From contig JAHFNC010000005.1 in assembly GCA_023267535.1 (NCBI GenBank), positions 1 to 53,926 of the forward strand: a DNA stretch of 53,926 nucleotides. The letters run 5' to 3'. This document shows, in pieces, positions 45,943 to 53,926 of the stretch. A program made the position numbers and the translations under genes. Source of the stretch: a bacterium (GTDB lineage: Bacteria; Patescibacteriota; Minisyncoccia; Phycocordibacterales; UBA5272). Every line of letters begins with the position of its first letter. Position 1 is the stretch's first letter. The notes under the pieces are model-generated. The model worked only from the letters and a program-made list of their open reading frames with translations, ran no database searches and had not been told where the DNA came from.

Positions 45943-46479
45943 TTATATCTTAGCTTGGCTAAGTGCATCACCGAGTGACTCTACGAATCCGGCAGATGTT
46001 CTTGATGCCCCTGACACGGAATTAACACTTGCACTTTGTGCAGATATTGCTTCGCTGATTAATATAGGCATCGCGTTATTAGCTTTTCTAAGAGAGGTTG
46101 GGTTATCGTTTGGATAAGACAAAAATGAAACATTAGTTAGTTTACCGTTGTTTACTAAAGCTTGAACTTGAACAATTCCGTAATAAACATCAACTGCTCT
46201 TCCTGTATAAGTTCCATCTACGAAAAGCCCTTTTGGGGCTGGAGCTGGTTTTGGGGTCGGCACCGGAGTTGGCGTCGGTTTTGGTTTTGGCGTAATTACT
46301 GGATTATTTGTTGTATCGCCAGAAGAACCATCATTTGATGGTAATGGTTGTATTGTATTTCGATCTACAATTACAGTATTTGAATTTGTGTTGGTATTAT
46401 TTTGACTCACTAAAGAATGTTCATAATATGAATATCCTAAAAAAGACAAAACTATAGTTAATGATAGTATTACTGGCAT
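45943..46479 (-). CDS. FMN-binding domain protein, membrane anchored with P/T-rich linker
   Basis: N-terminal TM, PKPKPTPTPVPTPKPAPAP linker, FMN_bind-type GIVQVQALV...SGASRTS flavinylation motif. Confidence 0.7.
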   Translation of the reverse strand: MPVILSLTIVLSFLGYSYYEHSLVSQNNTNTNSNTVIVDRNTIQPLPSNDGSSGDTTNNPVITPKPKPTPTPVPTPKPAPAPKGLFVDGTYTGRAVDVYYGIVQVQALVNNGKLTNVSFLSYPNDNPTSLRKANNAMPILISEAISAQSASVNSVSGASRTSAGFVESLGDALSQAKI

Positions 46480-46508
46480 AAATTTAAAATAAAATGAGTA
46501 TGTATTCC

Positions 46509-46537
46509 ATTATAAATGCACTTTTAGTTATTGACAA
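46509..46537 (-). promoter_or_regulatory. Sigma70-type promoter for the flavin operon
   Basis: Minus strand reads TTGTCA, N17, TATAAT. Confidence 0.4.
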
Positions 46538-46648
46538 CCTATTTCTTTCATTCTCTCTTTCTCGTGTACTGTATTATTGCCAAAAACAAAACAACTACTA
46601 GAGTTCACCTGTATTATACGTGTTATAAACACTGATGGGTGCATTAAA

Positions 46649-47518
46649 TTAATTACTATTTAAAATAGAAATAAATTCATTCATACCGTCTCTGACAAGA
46701 TATCCTTTCAAACTAAGTAGGTTGTCGTGATAAGAACCTTTAAATAGAGTTCTGAGTGTTCTATATCCAGCGTCACGAGCTACAGAAGAAATGCGATCAT
46801 CACTGTAACCATAAGGTGTAGCAAAATCTTTTATAACAATTCCTAACTTCTTTTCAAGAATTCTTTTACTCTCAAAAACCTCGCGATGTAAATCACTGTC
46901 AGATAATTTTTTAAGAAGCGGATGGCTCATTGTGTGGCTACCCATGGTCATACCAGCATCCCTCATCTCTTTGATTTGACTCCAGCTAAGAAAAGCTGGT
47001 GCCCCTACTGGATCTATGTAGATGTAAAAGAGTGCTTTAAAATTATATTTTTTAAGTAATGGAAAAGCATACTCATACTGACTTTTCCAGCCATCATCAA
47101 AAGTAATCATAACTGGCTTAGTGACATCAGTTACGACTTTCCCAGTTGTTTTATCAACAAAAAGATCGTTTGGAGAAATAACATGATAGCCATTATCTCT
47201 TAAATATATAAGTTGCTGTTCAAAATTTTCTGGAGTTATGTCATACAAATCTTGTTCCTTTGTTTCTCCCAAAAAAAATGGTCTGACATTATGATAAACA
47301 AAAACTGTAATCTTCTGTTCTTCTACAGTGTGTGGCTCTTCTGGTTTACTTTGAACTTTTTGTTCTTCTTGCACAACAAAATTAATATCAAGATATTTAT
47401 GAACAAGATTAACTACCATTTTCTTTTCTGCACCAGAGGCGAATGGCCAGAGAGAGAAAAAGATCATGAAAAGAGAAATAAGAAAAAGAAAAATTTCGTG
47501 ATGTTTAACCCATTTCAT
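46649..47518 (-). CDS. Polysaccharide deacetylase (NodB family)
   Basis: MITFDDGW, HTMSHP. Confidence 0.85.
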   Translation of the reverse strand: MKWVKHHEIFLFLISLFMIFFSLWPFASGAEKKMVVNLVHKYLDINFVVQEEQKVQSKPEEPHTVEEQKITVFVYHNVRPFFLGETKEQDLYDITPENFEQQLIYLRDNGYHVISPNDLFVDKTTGKVVTDVTKPVMITFDDGWKSQYEYAFPLLKKYNFKALFYIYIDPVGAPAFLSWSQIKEMRDAGMTMGSHTMSHPLLKKLSDSDLHREVFESKRILEKKLGIVIKDFATPYGYSDDRISSVARDAGYRTLRTLFKGSYHDNLLSLKGYLVRDGMNEFISILNSN

Positions 47519-47545
47519 ATATTAAAAAGAGTTTATCACGTAATA

Positions 47546-49408
47546 TTATTTAATCCTTGCTCTAACAGAATTTAATAATGGGAAAAAGTCTGAAATGAAA
47601 TTATATGCAGCGGCACCAGGGGGACCAATGAAACTAGCAAAAACTAAGAAAAGACCAAAAGCATTTGTAACTCCCCAAATACCGAAATCTTCTTTGGATA
47701 TTAGATTAACATCTCTAGCTAGAGAAATTATTTTTGGTATAGCTGACAAATTATCATGCATCAGTACTATTTGTGCCGACTCAATTGCCGAATCAGAACC
47801 AAGTGCCCCCATAGCAATACCAACATGTGAGATAGACAAGGCGGCAGCATCATTTACTCCATCCCCCACCATAGCTACTTTATATTCTTTATGAAAATCT
47901 CTTAGTCTGTTTAATTTATCTTCAGGTAGTAGGTTGGCGTGAACATCTTTGATGCCGATTTTTTTGGCTACACTCTTTGCCACTCTTTCATTGTCCCCTG
48001 TTAACATCACAACTTTTTTAATTCCTAAGGCATATAATTCTTTGACCATCTCTTTAGCATCTTTCTTTATGGTGTCGGCGGCTGAAAAGAAACCAACAAC
48101 AACACCGCCCTTTGCAAAGTAAGAAATACTATCTCCTTTTTCTTCAAACTCTTTAACTTTATCTTTAATTGAATCGTCAAAAGTAATTTTTTTCTGTTCC
48201 ATTAAAGCCTCATTTCCTAAAACAATTTCTTCTCCTTTTATTTTTGTAATTACTCCTCTTCCACCTATATAATCTGACTCATCTGGATATTCTTCTTTCT
48301 CACCTTTCTCTTCACCGTATTCAACTATTGCTTTTGCTAGTGGATGATGTGATCTTCTGGAGGCAATCGTTCCTAATTTTATCAATTCTTCTTCGCTTGA
48401 TTTTGAAGTGGCATAAACGGAAGATACTTTTAATTTACCTGTGGTTAGTGTTCCTGTCTTGTCAAAAACAACTACTTCAATTTTTCCCAATGTCTCTAAA
48501 TGCTTTCCGCCTTTAATAATTATTCCTTTTTGAGCCGCTGAGCCAATAGCTCTTAGATAACCAAGTGGAATAGCGACAGCGATATCATCAGCACAAACCA
48601 CAAGTACGACAGATAAGACAAGTGGCAGATTGTTGGTAATCATAACTAATAAGAAAGAACCGATAAAAACTGTGGCCAAATAATATTTTCCAAATTTCTC
48701 ACCAAGAGTTTGGGTTTGTGGTTTTTCTTTCTGGGCGGTTTCAATAAGAGAAATAATTTTCTCAAGAGTCGTATCTTTACCAACAAGAAGTGTTTTTATT
48801 TTTATACTCCCTGATACAATCAGAGTTCCACTATTGGCTTTATTGTTAACACCTTTTTCTATTGGCACTGATTCACCAGTTAAAGATGACTCATTTACTG
48901 AGGCATCACCGGAGATTATATTGCCGTCTATCGGTATGTATTCACCAGTATCAACCACCACAACGTCGCCAACTTTTACATCTTTTAGTTTTACTTCCTT
49001 AATCAAGCCATTAACTTCAACTTTTGCTTTCTCTGGACGAAGTTTAAGAAGTGAGTCTATGTTTTTTCTAGTTCTAGTCTCAGTTATGTCTTGCAAAATT
49101 CTCGCCGAAGAAAGCATAAGAGAAATAAATACTGCTGATGACCATTCTTTACTGACAATAGAAAAAACAAGAGCAATTGATGCCAACATGTCCATTGACG
49201 CCCATTCTCTTTTTAATACCGACGATACGGCACTAACAAAAACAGGAAGAGTTCCAAAAAATGTAAAAAGTATAAGTATGTTATCGTCTGAATCTGCAAC
49301 CGGAAATAGATGAAGATAATAAATAGCTAAAACAACAACTAAAGAAACAGACAAAAAGATATCTAGATGATATTGGTATTTAGAATAATAAAAAACAGCT
49401 TTCTTCAT
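47546..49408 (-). CDS. P-type cation-transporting ATPase (P1B-like, no N-terminal metal-binding domain)
   Basis: TGES, DKTGTLT, TGDN, GDGVNDAAAL. The TM6 motif reads CAD instead of CPC. Confidence 0.88.
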   Translation of the reverse strand: MKKAVFYYSKYQYHLDIFLSVSLVVVLAIYYLHLFPVADSDDNILILFTFFGTLPVFVSAVSSVLKREWASMDMLASIALVFSIVSKEWSSAVFISLMLSSARILQDITETRTRKNIDSLLKLRPEKAKVEVNGLIKEVKLKDVKVGDVVVVDTGEYIPIDGNIISGDASVNESSLTGESVPIEKGVNNKANSGTLIVSGSIKIKTLLVGKDTTLEKIISLIETAQKEKPQTQTLGEKFGKYYLATVFIGSFLLVMITNNLPLVLSVVLVVCADDIAVAIPLGYLRAIGSAAQKGIIIKGGKHLETLGKIEVVVFDKTGTLTTGKLKVSSVYATSKSSEEELIKLGTIASRRSHHPLAKAIVEYGEEKGEKEEYPDESDYIGGRGVITKIKGEEIVLGNEALMEQKKITFDDSIKDKVKEFEEKGDSISYFAKGGVVVGFFSAADTIKKDAKEMVKELYALGIKKVVMLTGDNERVAKSVAKKIGIKDVHANLLPEDKLNRLRDFHKEYKVAMVGDGVNDAAALSISHVGIAMGALGSDSAIESAQIVLMHDNLSAIPKIISLARDVNLISKEDFGIWGVTNAFGLFLVFASFIGPPGAAAYNFISDFFPLLNSVRARIK

Positions 49409-49475
49409 TAGGATATATTATAGCAGTTGATAGGAACCGATTATAGGAAAAGTGATTACCCTACTCTTGAAAATG

Positions 49476-49649
49476 CTATTGTAAAAACCATTTCATTTTA
49501 ATATACATAGCAAGCATGCCAATTGCGTAACCCGCCACAAATATAGCAATACGTTTAAAATTAGCACCACCATTCATGAAATATCCTACACATAACAAAA
49601 TAAACAAAATAATAGCGACGACAATGAAGTATCCAGTTAATGTTTTCAT
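49476..49649 (-). CDS. Small 2-TM hypothetical protein (57 aa, below the ORF-track cutoff)
   Basis: Manual translation: MKTLTGYFIVVAIILFILLCVGYFMNGGANFKRIAIFVAGYAIGMLAMYIKMKWFLQ*. Confidence 0.35.
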   Translation of the reverse strand: MKTLTGYFIVVAIILFILLCVGYFMNGGANFKRIAIFVAGYAIGMLAMYIKMKWFLQ

Positions 49650-49665
49650 ATTTTAATTATACACC

Positions 49666-51429
49666 TTAGCTATCCCTCTTTCCATGAAGAAGCATTTCAA
49701 CGGCATGTTCCATTGAACCAGCAAGTGTGATTCCGCCTGCATTCACAAAAAATATTTCATCAGCATTTTCAATTGTATTTAAACGGTGAGCAATAATAAC
49801 AATCGTCGTCTCTCTTGGTAACTTTTTCAAAATATCATCAAGCAATTGTTCTGTCACCGTATCAATATTGGCTGTCGCTTCATCAAGAATAAGAAGTAGC
49901 GGATTACGAAGAACAGCACGCATGAAGGCAATGAGCTGTTTCTGACCAAGAGAGAGTGCATCCCCTGATGTTGATACTTTTGCTTCAAGTCCTCCTTCAA
50001 AGCGCACAAGCAAGCTCTCAAGTCCGGCGTCATGTATTACTTTTACAAGAGCTTCATTAGAATAATCTTTATACGCTTCATTTCCATAGAGAATATTCTC
50101 TCGCACAGTGCCTGAAAAGAGTGTAGGTTCTTGCAAAATAAAACCAACTTTACTTGTACGATCTGCTACACCTAAAGAGCGAATATCATGACCATTTAAA
50201 TACACTGTGCCTTCTGACGGATCATAAAGACGCGCCATAAGCGAGGCCGTAGTAGTTTTTCCTCCACCGGTTGGACCAACAAGAGCATAAGTCTTACCTT
50301 GTTCGAGTACGAAATTTACATTATGTAAAACTTCTTTATCATCAGTGTATCTAAAAGAAACATCTTTAAACTCAAGCAATGCATTACTTGTATATTTTTC
50401 TCCATTATCCAAAGAGACTACTTCCATTTCGTTTTGCATATGAAGTATCGCAGATATTCTATCCCATCCGGCTAGAGCGACTTGGAAGTTAGACCACAAT
50501 ACAGCAAGCTGACGAAGCGGATTATAAAAGTTTGTAACATAAGAAAGAAAACCAATAAGAAGTCCAATTGTAAAACTTCCTGCTGTAATCAGATACATAC
50601 CATACGCAAGAACAACTAGTTGTGCGATATTAGCTGAAAGACCAAAAACGGGTGTGAAGGTGTTATTTGCAATGCCAGCTATGACTGCTGATTTATAGTT
50701 GTCATCATTTGCAACTTGAAAACGTTTGCGAAAAAAATCACGACGATTAAATGCCACAACTACTTTAAAATTATTTATACTCTCAGAAACTTCAGCAGAA
50801 AGTCCACCGGTGGAAGTAAGTGAGGTGGCATTGGAACGCTTAACCCAAGAGGATAGAAGTCGTGTAAATATAAACAATATAGCAGCTGGTGCAAGTGTGG
50901 CTAAACCTAATTTTAAGTTAATGGCAAGAAGAAATATTGCCGCCCCAAACATAATTACAATACTGCCAACAAACTGAACTAATGTTTGAGAGAAAAATTG
51001 GTTGAGTTTATCGGTATCGTTATTGATACGTGAAATAAGATCCCCTGCTTTATTGGCATTAAAAAAAGCAACGGGCAATTCTTGAAGCTTGCTAAATATC
51101 TTGGTGCGCAAATTAAAAAGCACACGCTGTCCCATACCACCCATCAGTCTGGTCTGCGCATAACTCGTAAACAATCCGACAAAATAAAGTGAAAGTAAAA
51201 TTAAGGCAAACATCATGACACCACTAAATTGCTTAGCTACAATATATGTATCGACAACATGCGCTATAAGAAGTGGTGCCGTAAGGTTAATTAGTGAGTT
51301 AGCAAGAGTTACAATTCCAGCGTAGATAAGAATACTCTGCTCACCAGATAGTAATAGCCATAAGCCCTGTATCGCTTCCCACGATGAAAGCTTTTTTTTA
51401 TTTTGTTCGGAATTAAGTTCGTAGTTCAT
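49666..51429 (-). CDS. ABC transporter permease/ATPase (exporter half-transporter)
   Basis: 6-TM domain, Walker A GPTGGGKT, signature LSLGQKQ, Walker B LLILDEAT. Start set at MNYELN, overlapping the upstream gene by 17 nt. Confidence 0.88.
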   Translation of the reverse strand: MNYELNSEQNKKKLSSWEAIQGLWLLLSGEQSILIYAGIVTLANSLINLTAPLLIAHVVDTYIVAKQFSGVMMFALILLSLYFVGLFTSYAQTRLMGGMGQRVLFNLRTKIFSKLQELPVAFFNANKAGDLISRINNDTDKLNQFFSQTLVQFVGSIVIMFGAAIFLLAINLKLGLATLAPAAILFIFTRLLSSWVKRSNATSLTSTGGLSAEVSESINNFKVVVAFNRRDFFRKRFQVANDDNYKSAVIAGIANNTFTPVFGLSANIAQLVVLAYGMYLITAGSFTIGLLIGFLSYVTNFYNPLRQLAVLWSNFQVALAGWDRISAILHMQNEMEVVSLDNGEKYTSNALLEFKDVSFRYTDDKEVLHNVNFVLEQGKTYALVGPTGGGKTTTASLMARLYDPSEGTVYLNGHDIRSLGVADRTSKVGFILQEPTLFSGTVRENILYGNEAYKDYSNEALVKVIHDAGLESLLVRFEGGLEAKVSTSGDALSLGQKQLIAFMRAVLRNPLLLILDEATANIDTVTEQLLDDILKKLPRETTIVIIAHRLNTIENADEIFFVNAGGITLAGSMEHAVEMLLHGKRDS

Positions 51430-53218
51430 AGGTGTTAGTTGAGCGTTGTGAATCATATATTTGAACATATTCTGGAGAGGTGTGCATGAGTTCCTCGTGT
51501 TTGCCGTAAGCAAGAATTTCCCCCTCCATAATTAAAATTATTTGATCGTATGATTCAATAGGAGCAATTTTTTGTGTAATTGAAACAAGTGTGATGTCTG
51601 GATAATTTTTTTCAATATTTGCAAGAATTTTTTGTTCAGTTTGAGAGTCCACTCGTGCCGTAAAATCATCAAGAAACAAAATACTTGGATCAAGTGCCAG
51701 CGCTCGTGCCAGCATGAGTCGTTGTTTCTGTCCGCCCGAGAGTGATGTCCCTCTCTCTGAAACAAGGCTATCTAAACCTTTAGGTAAGGTACTTAAAAAA
51801 TCTGTAAGCTCAGCAGTATCAACAGCTTTTTGTAATGATGCATCAGTTACCGTAGTACTAAAAGCAATATTCTCGCGCACGGTTGTATTAAAAAGTACAC
51901 TATCTTGAAAAACAAGACCTATTTGCGGATAAAATGAAGCACGTTGGTAATTATCGAGTGGTCTATCATCATAGTTTACTCCACCTGTTTGTGGTAATGT
52001 AAGTCCCGCCATTACGTTTAATAGTTGAGTTTTACCAGCCGCGGTTGGACCAATAATAGCGGTCTTGGTGTGTGGATTAATTACAAGAGAAACATTTTTT
52101 AGTACAGGTTTTTCACCATACATAAGTGTTACATCTTTAACATTTATATTGCCTAGAAGAGAATCAGTGATAGTCCCCTCATCTTTCTCGTCTGGTACTT
52201 TTAAAACTTCATGAATACGCATATATGACGCACCCGCTTGCGCAATAATGTTACTCATAAATCCAATGACGAGAACCGGGAAAATAAGAATCATAATGTA
52301 ACTGTTAAATGCAGCAAATGAACCAAGAGTCATGGAACCATTTGTGACATAAAATCCTCCCAAAGTAACAACTGTTAGTGTGCCCATACTGGAAACAAAG
52401 GTGATAATGGGAATCATAAATGAAAAAAGTTTGAGTATGTTGGTACCAATACTGCGAGCACGAGCATTTGCTCCCTCAAACTTCTCATACTCAAAACGTT
52501 TCGAATTAAGCACACGAATAAGCGCCGCCCCCATGATACTTTCACTGATAACCTTATTTAACCAATCAATCACCTCACGACTCTGTGTGAAAAGTGTTCG
52601 CACCATACGCAATATAACGAAAAATGTAATACCAATAATTGGAAGTATTGTGAGCACGGCAAGTGCAAGCCTCCAATCAATAGTAAGTAAAATAATTGTA
52701 GCCCCAATAATAATAACTATAGATGAAACAAGTGAGACAATCGCTTGGGCAACAAACATCTTAATGGAATCAATATCTGAAGTAATGTTGGTAAGGAGTT
52801 TTGACGGATTTTTATCTTCAATAAAACGATAACTTTGTCGCGAAATTTTGCTAACAAGTTGTAATCGTAAATCACGCGCGACTTTTTCTGAGGCATACAC
52901 TTGAACAATGCTTTGTAAGTATGTGAAAACAAATATACCAAGCGCAAACCCTCCAAATTGGATTATAAGTCCTGACATATCGAGTGTCCTTTGAAGATAT
53001 GAATCAATCATGCGGGAAATAAGTTTCGGTAAATACAGGGTGAGGATATTTGCGGCAATAGCGAGAATGACAAGCCATGTAATCATGACACGATATGGAA
53101 TAAGAACACTAAAAACACTTGGTGATTTTGGAATCGGTTCAAATGGTATATCAGAAACTGGTAGCCCCTCTGTATTTTCGACAGTTATTTCTTTTTGTTT
53201 TGTTATTTTTTCAGTCAT
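51413..53218 (-). CDS. ABC transporter permease/ATPase (exporter half-transporter)
   Basis: Walker A GPTAAGKT, LSGGQKQR, Walker B ILFLDDFT. Likely a heterodimer partner of the downstream gene. Confidence 0.9.
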   Translation of the reverse strand: MTEKITKQKEITVENTEGLPVSDIPFEPIPKSPSVFSVLIPYRVMITWLVILAIAANILTLYLPKLISRMIDSYLQRTLDMSGLIIQFGGFALGIFVFTYLQSIVQVYASEKVARDLRLQLVSKISRQSYRFIEDKNPSKLLTNITSDIDSIKMFVAQAIVSLVSSIVIIIGATIILLTIDWRLALAVLTILPIIGITFFVILRMVRTLFTQSREVIDWLNKVISESIMGAALIRVLNSKRFEYEKFEGANARARSIGTNILKLFSFMIPIITFVSSMGTLTVVTLGGFYVTNGSMTLGSFAAFNSYIMILIFPVLVIGFMSNIIAQAGASYMRIHEVLKVPDEKDEGTITDSLLGNINVKDVTLMYGEKPVLKNVSLVINPHTKTAIIGPTAAGKTQLLNVMAGLTLPQTGGVNYDDRPLDNYQRASFYPQIGLVFQDSVLFNTTVRENIAFSTTVTDASLQKAVDTAELTDFLSTLPKGLDSLVSERGTSLSGGQKQRLMLARALALDPSILFLDDFTARVDSQTEQKILANIEKNYPDITLVSITQKIAPIESYDQIILIMEGEILAYGKHEELMHTSPEYVQIYDSQRSTNTYELRT

Positions 53219-53453
53219 TTTTTTGCATGCTTATGAGAAACCATATAGATTTTCTTCCACAAACAGAAAACCGCAAGAACTCTTATTAGTCTATCTTACT
53301 ATATGGTGACGAATTAATAAGCCTTTTTCTTACTTCTTATTCTACTACTGCTTTTATTTTAGACAAATGAGTTAGGGCGTGTGCCTTATCCAACCTTCGC
53401 TCATTTCAATCGCTACGGTTTTGAGCCCGCGGATAGGCACTGCAAAACCGATT

Positions 53454-53572
53454 ACAGCAAAAATGCTCGAAGTACACGAAGCGCAGAAACTTTTTGAGGA
53501 AGGCGTATATAGACATACGACGACTGAAAAAAGTTTCTAGCGCGACAAAGTAATTCGAGATATTTTTGCTGT
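53454..53572 (+). repeat. Three-tier hairpin repeat, copy R4
   Basis: Outer acagcaaaaatgctcgaa/ttcgagatatttttgctgt; inner gcagaaacttttt/aaaaaagtttctagc; apical cgtat-atagac-atacg. Confidence 0.65.
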
Positions 53573-53577
53573 TAGCG

Positions 53578-53593
53578 GTGTGCCTATCCGGAT
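53578..53593. repeat. 16-nt exact duplicate of the tRNA-His 3' end (att-like)
   Basis: gtgtgcctatccggat is identical at 53578-53593 and 53806-53821. A degenerate third copy gtgtgccttatcc lies at 53379-53391, and an inverted 11-mer cggataggcac at 53430-53440. Confidence 0.8.
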
Positions 53594-53805
53594 ATTTGGT
53601 CACCACTTTGGTATTTTTATTTCGCACATTTGAACCCAGTGCTCACAAAAACACTCAAAGTCTCGACCCCGTTCGAAAACCGACAAGTATTTGCTTCGCA
53701 AATCTTGTATACCGGTTTTCTGTTCAAATCCACGTAACAGTGCTTGGGCACTGTTACTGGATAGACACACAACAGAAAAACCCCTTTCGGGGTTTTTCTT
53801 ATGTT
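53594..53805 (-). repeat. tRNA-His-flanking conserved element B (homolog of element A), bounded by 16-nt direct repeats
   Basis: See element A. Also contains the hairpins gtaacagtgc-ttgg-gcactgttac and agaaaaacccc-tttc-ggggtttttct. Confidence 0.6.
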
Positions 53806-53806
53806 G

Positions 53807-53879
53807 TGTGCCTATCCGGATTTGAACCGGAACTGAGGGCTCCACAAGCCCGCGTGCTAACCATTACACTATAGGCACC
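53807..53879 (-). tRNA. tRNA-His (anticodon GUG)
   Basis: rc = GGTGCCTATAGTGTAATGGTTAGCACGCGGGCTTGTGGAGCCCTCAGTTCCGGTTCAAATCCGGATAGGCACA. Extra 5' G(-1), anticodon loop cuuGUGga, T arm ccgg-ttcaaat-ccgg. Confidence 0.88.
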
Positions 53880-53926
53880 ATATACTAGAATTCGTTTCCG
53901 AATTAGGATTTTACTTTAACACAAAA

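Noticed and set aside
53406-53874. ORFs 53406..53627(-), 53566..53874(+) and 53600..53845(-).
   Set aside because: They cover the repeat/att-scar region and tRNA-His. None has an SD, and their composition is driven by structured repeats.

Overview
AT-rich, gene-dense 53.9 kb segment of a small-genome bacterium. Divergent 16S universal-primer sites, tiny intergenic spacers, many small membrane proteins and pared-down housekeeping genes point to a Candidate Phyla Radiation / Patescibacteria (Parcubacteria-like) organism; this placement is an inference. Most of the window is ordinary housekeeping: partial 16S rRNA, secDF, recG, ftsH, smpB plus tmRNA, infC-rpmI-rplT, rpsF-ssb-rpsR, metG, ileS, argS, folA-dut-dcd, secE-nusG-rplK, two ABC exporters, a P-type ATPase, tRNA-Ile(UAU) and tRNA-His. 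Signals not explained by housekeeping: (1) A self-contained reverse-transcriptase module at 2418-4043 on the minus strand: near-consensus promoter, about 340 nt of GC-rich hairpin-dense non-coding RNA with a retron-like a1/a2 inverted repeat, a 402-aa YADD RT with no extra domain, and a terminator abutting the stop codon. No effector is co-transcribed. This is the best candidate for a novel system (retron-like or DRT2/DRT9-like RNA-templated defence RT). (2) A family of about 125-nt three-tier hairpin repeats (4 copies) with compensatory changes; three copies abut stop codons in ribosomal-protein operons. (3) Homologous elements of roughly 175 bp (after tmRNA) and 212 bp (after tRNA-His) immediately 3' of those genes, with duplication of the tRNA 3' end (att-like scars). 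(4) A nest of tRNA-Ile fragments around an intact tRNA-Ile(UAU). (5) An IleRS carrying an inserted, apparently intact histidine-phosphatase domain, next to a free-standing paralog and behind a GC-rich structured leader. (6) A GC-rich independent RNA unit that may be RNase P RNA. (7) A compact flavin (FMN-bind/ApbE/RnfD-FNR fusion) membrane redox module. All alignments and folds were done by eye, and no database search was possible.
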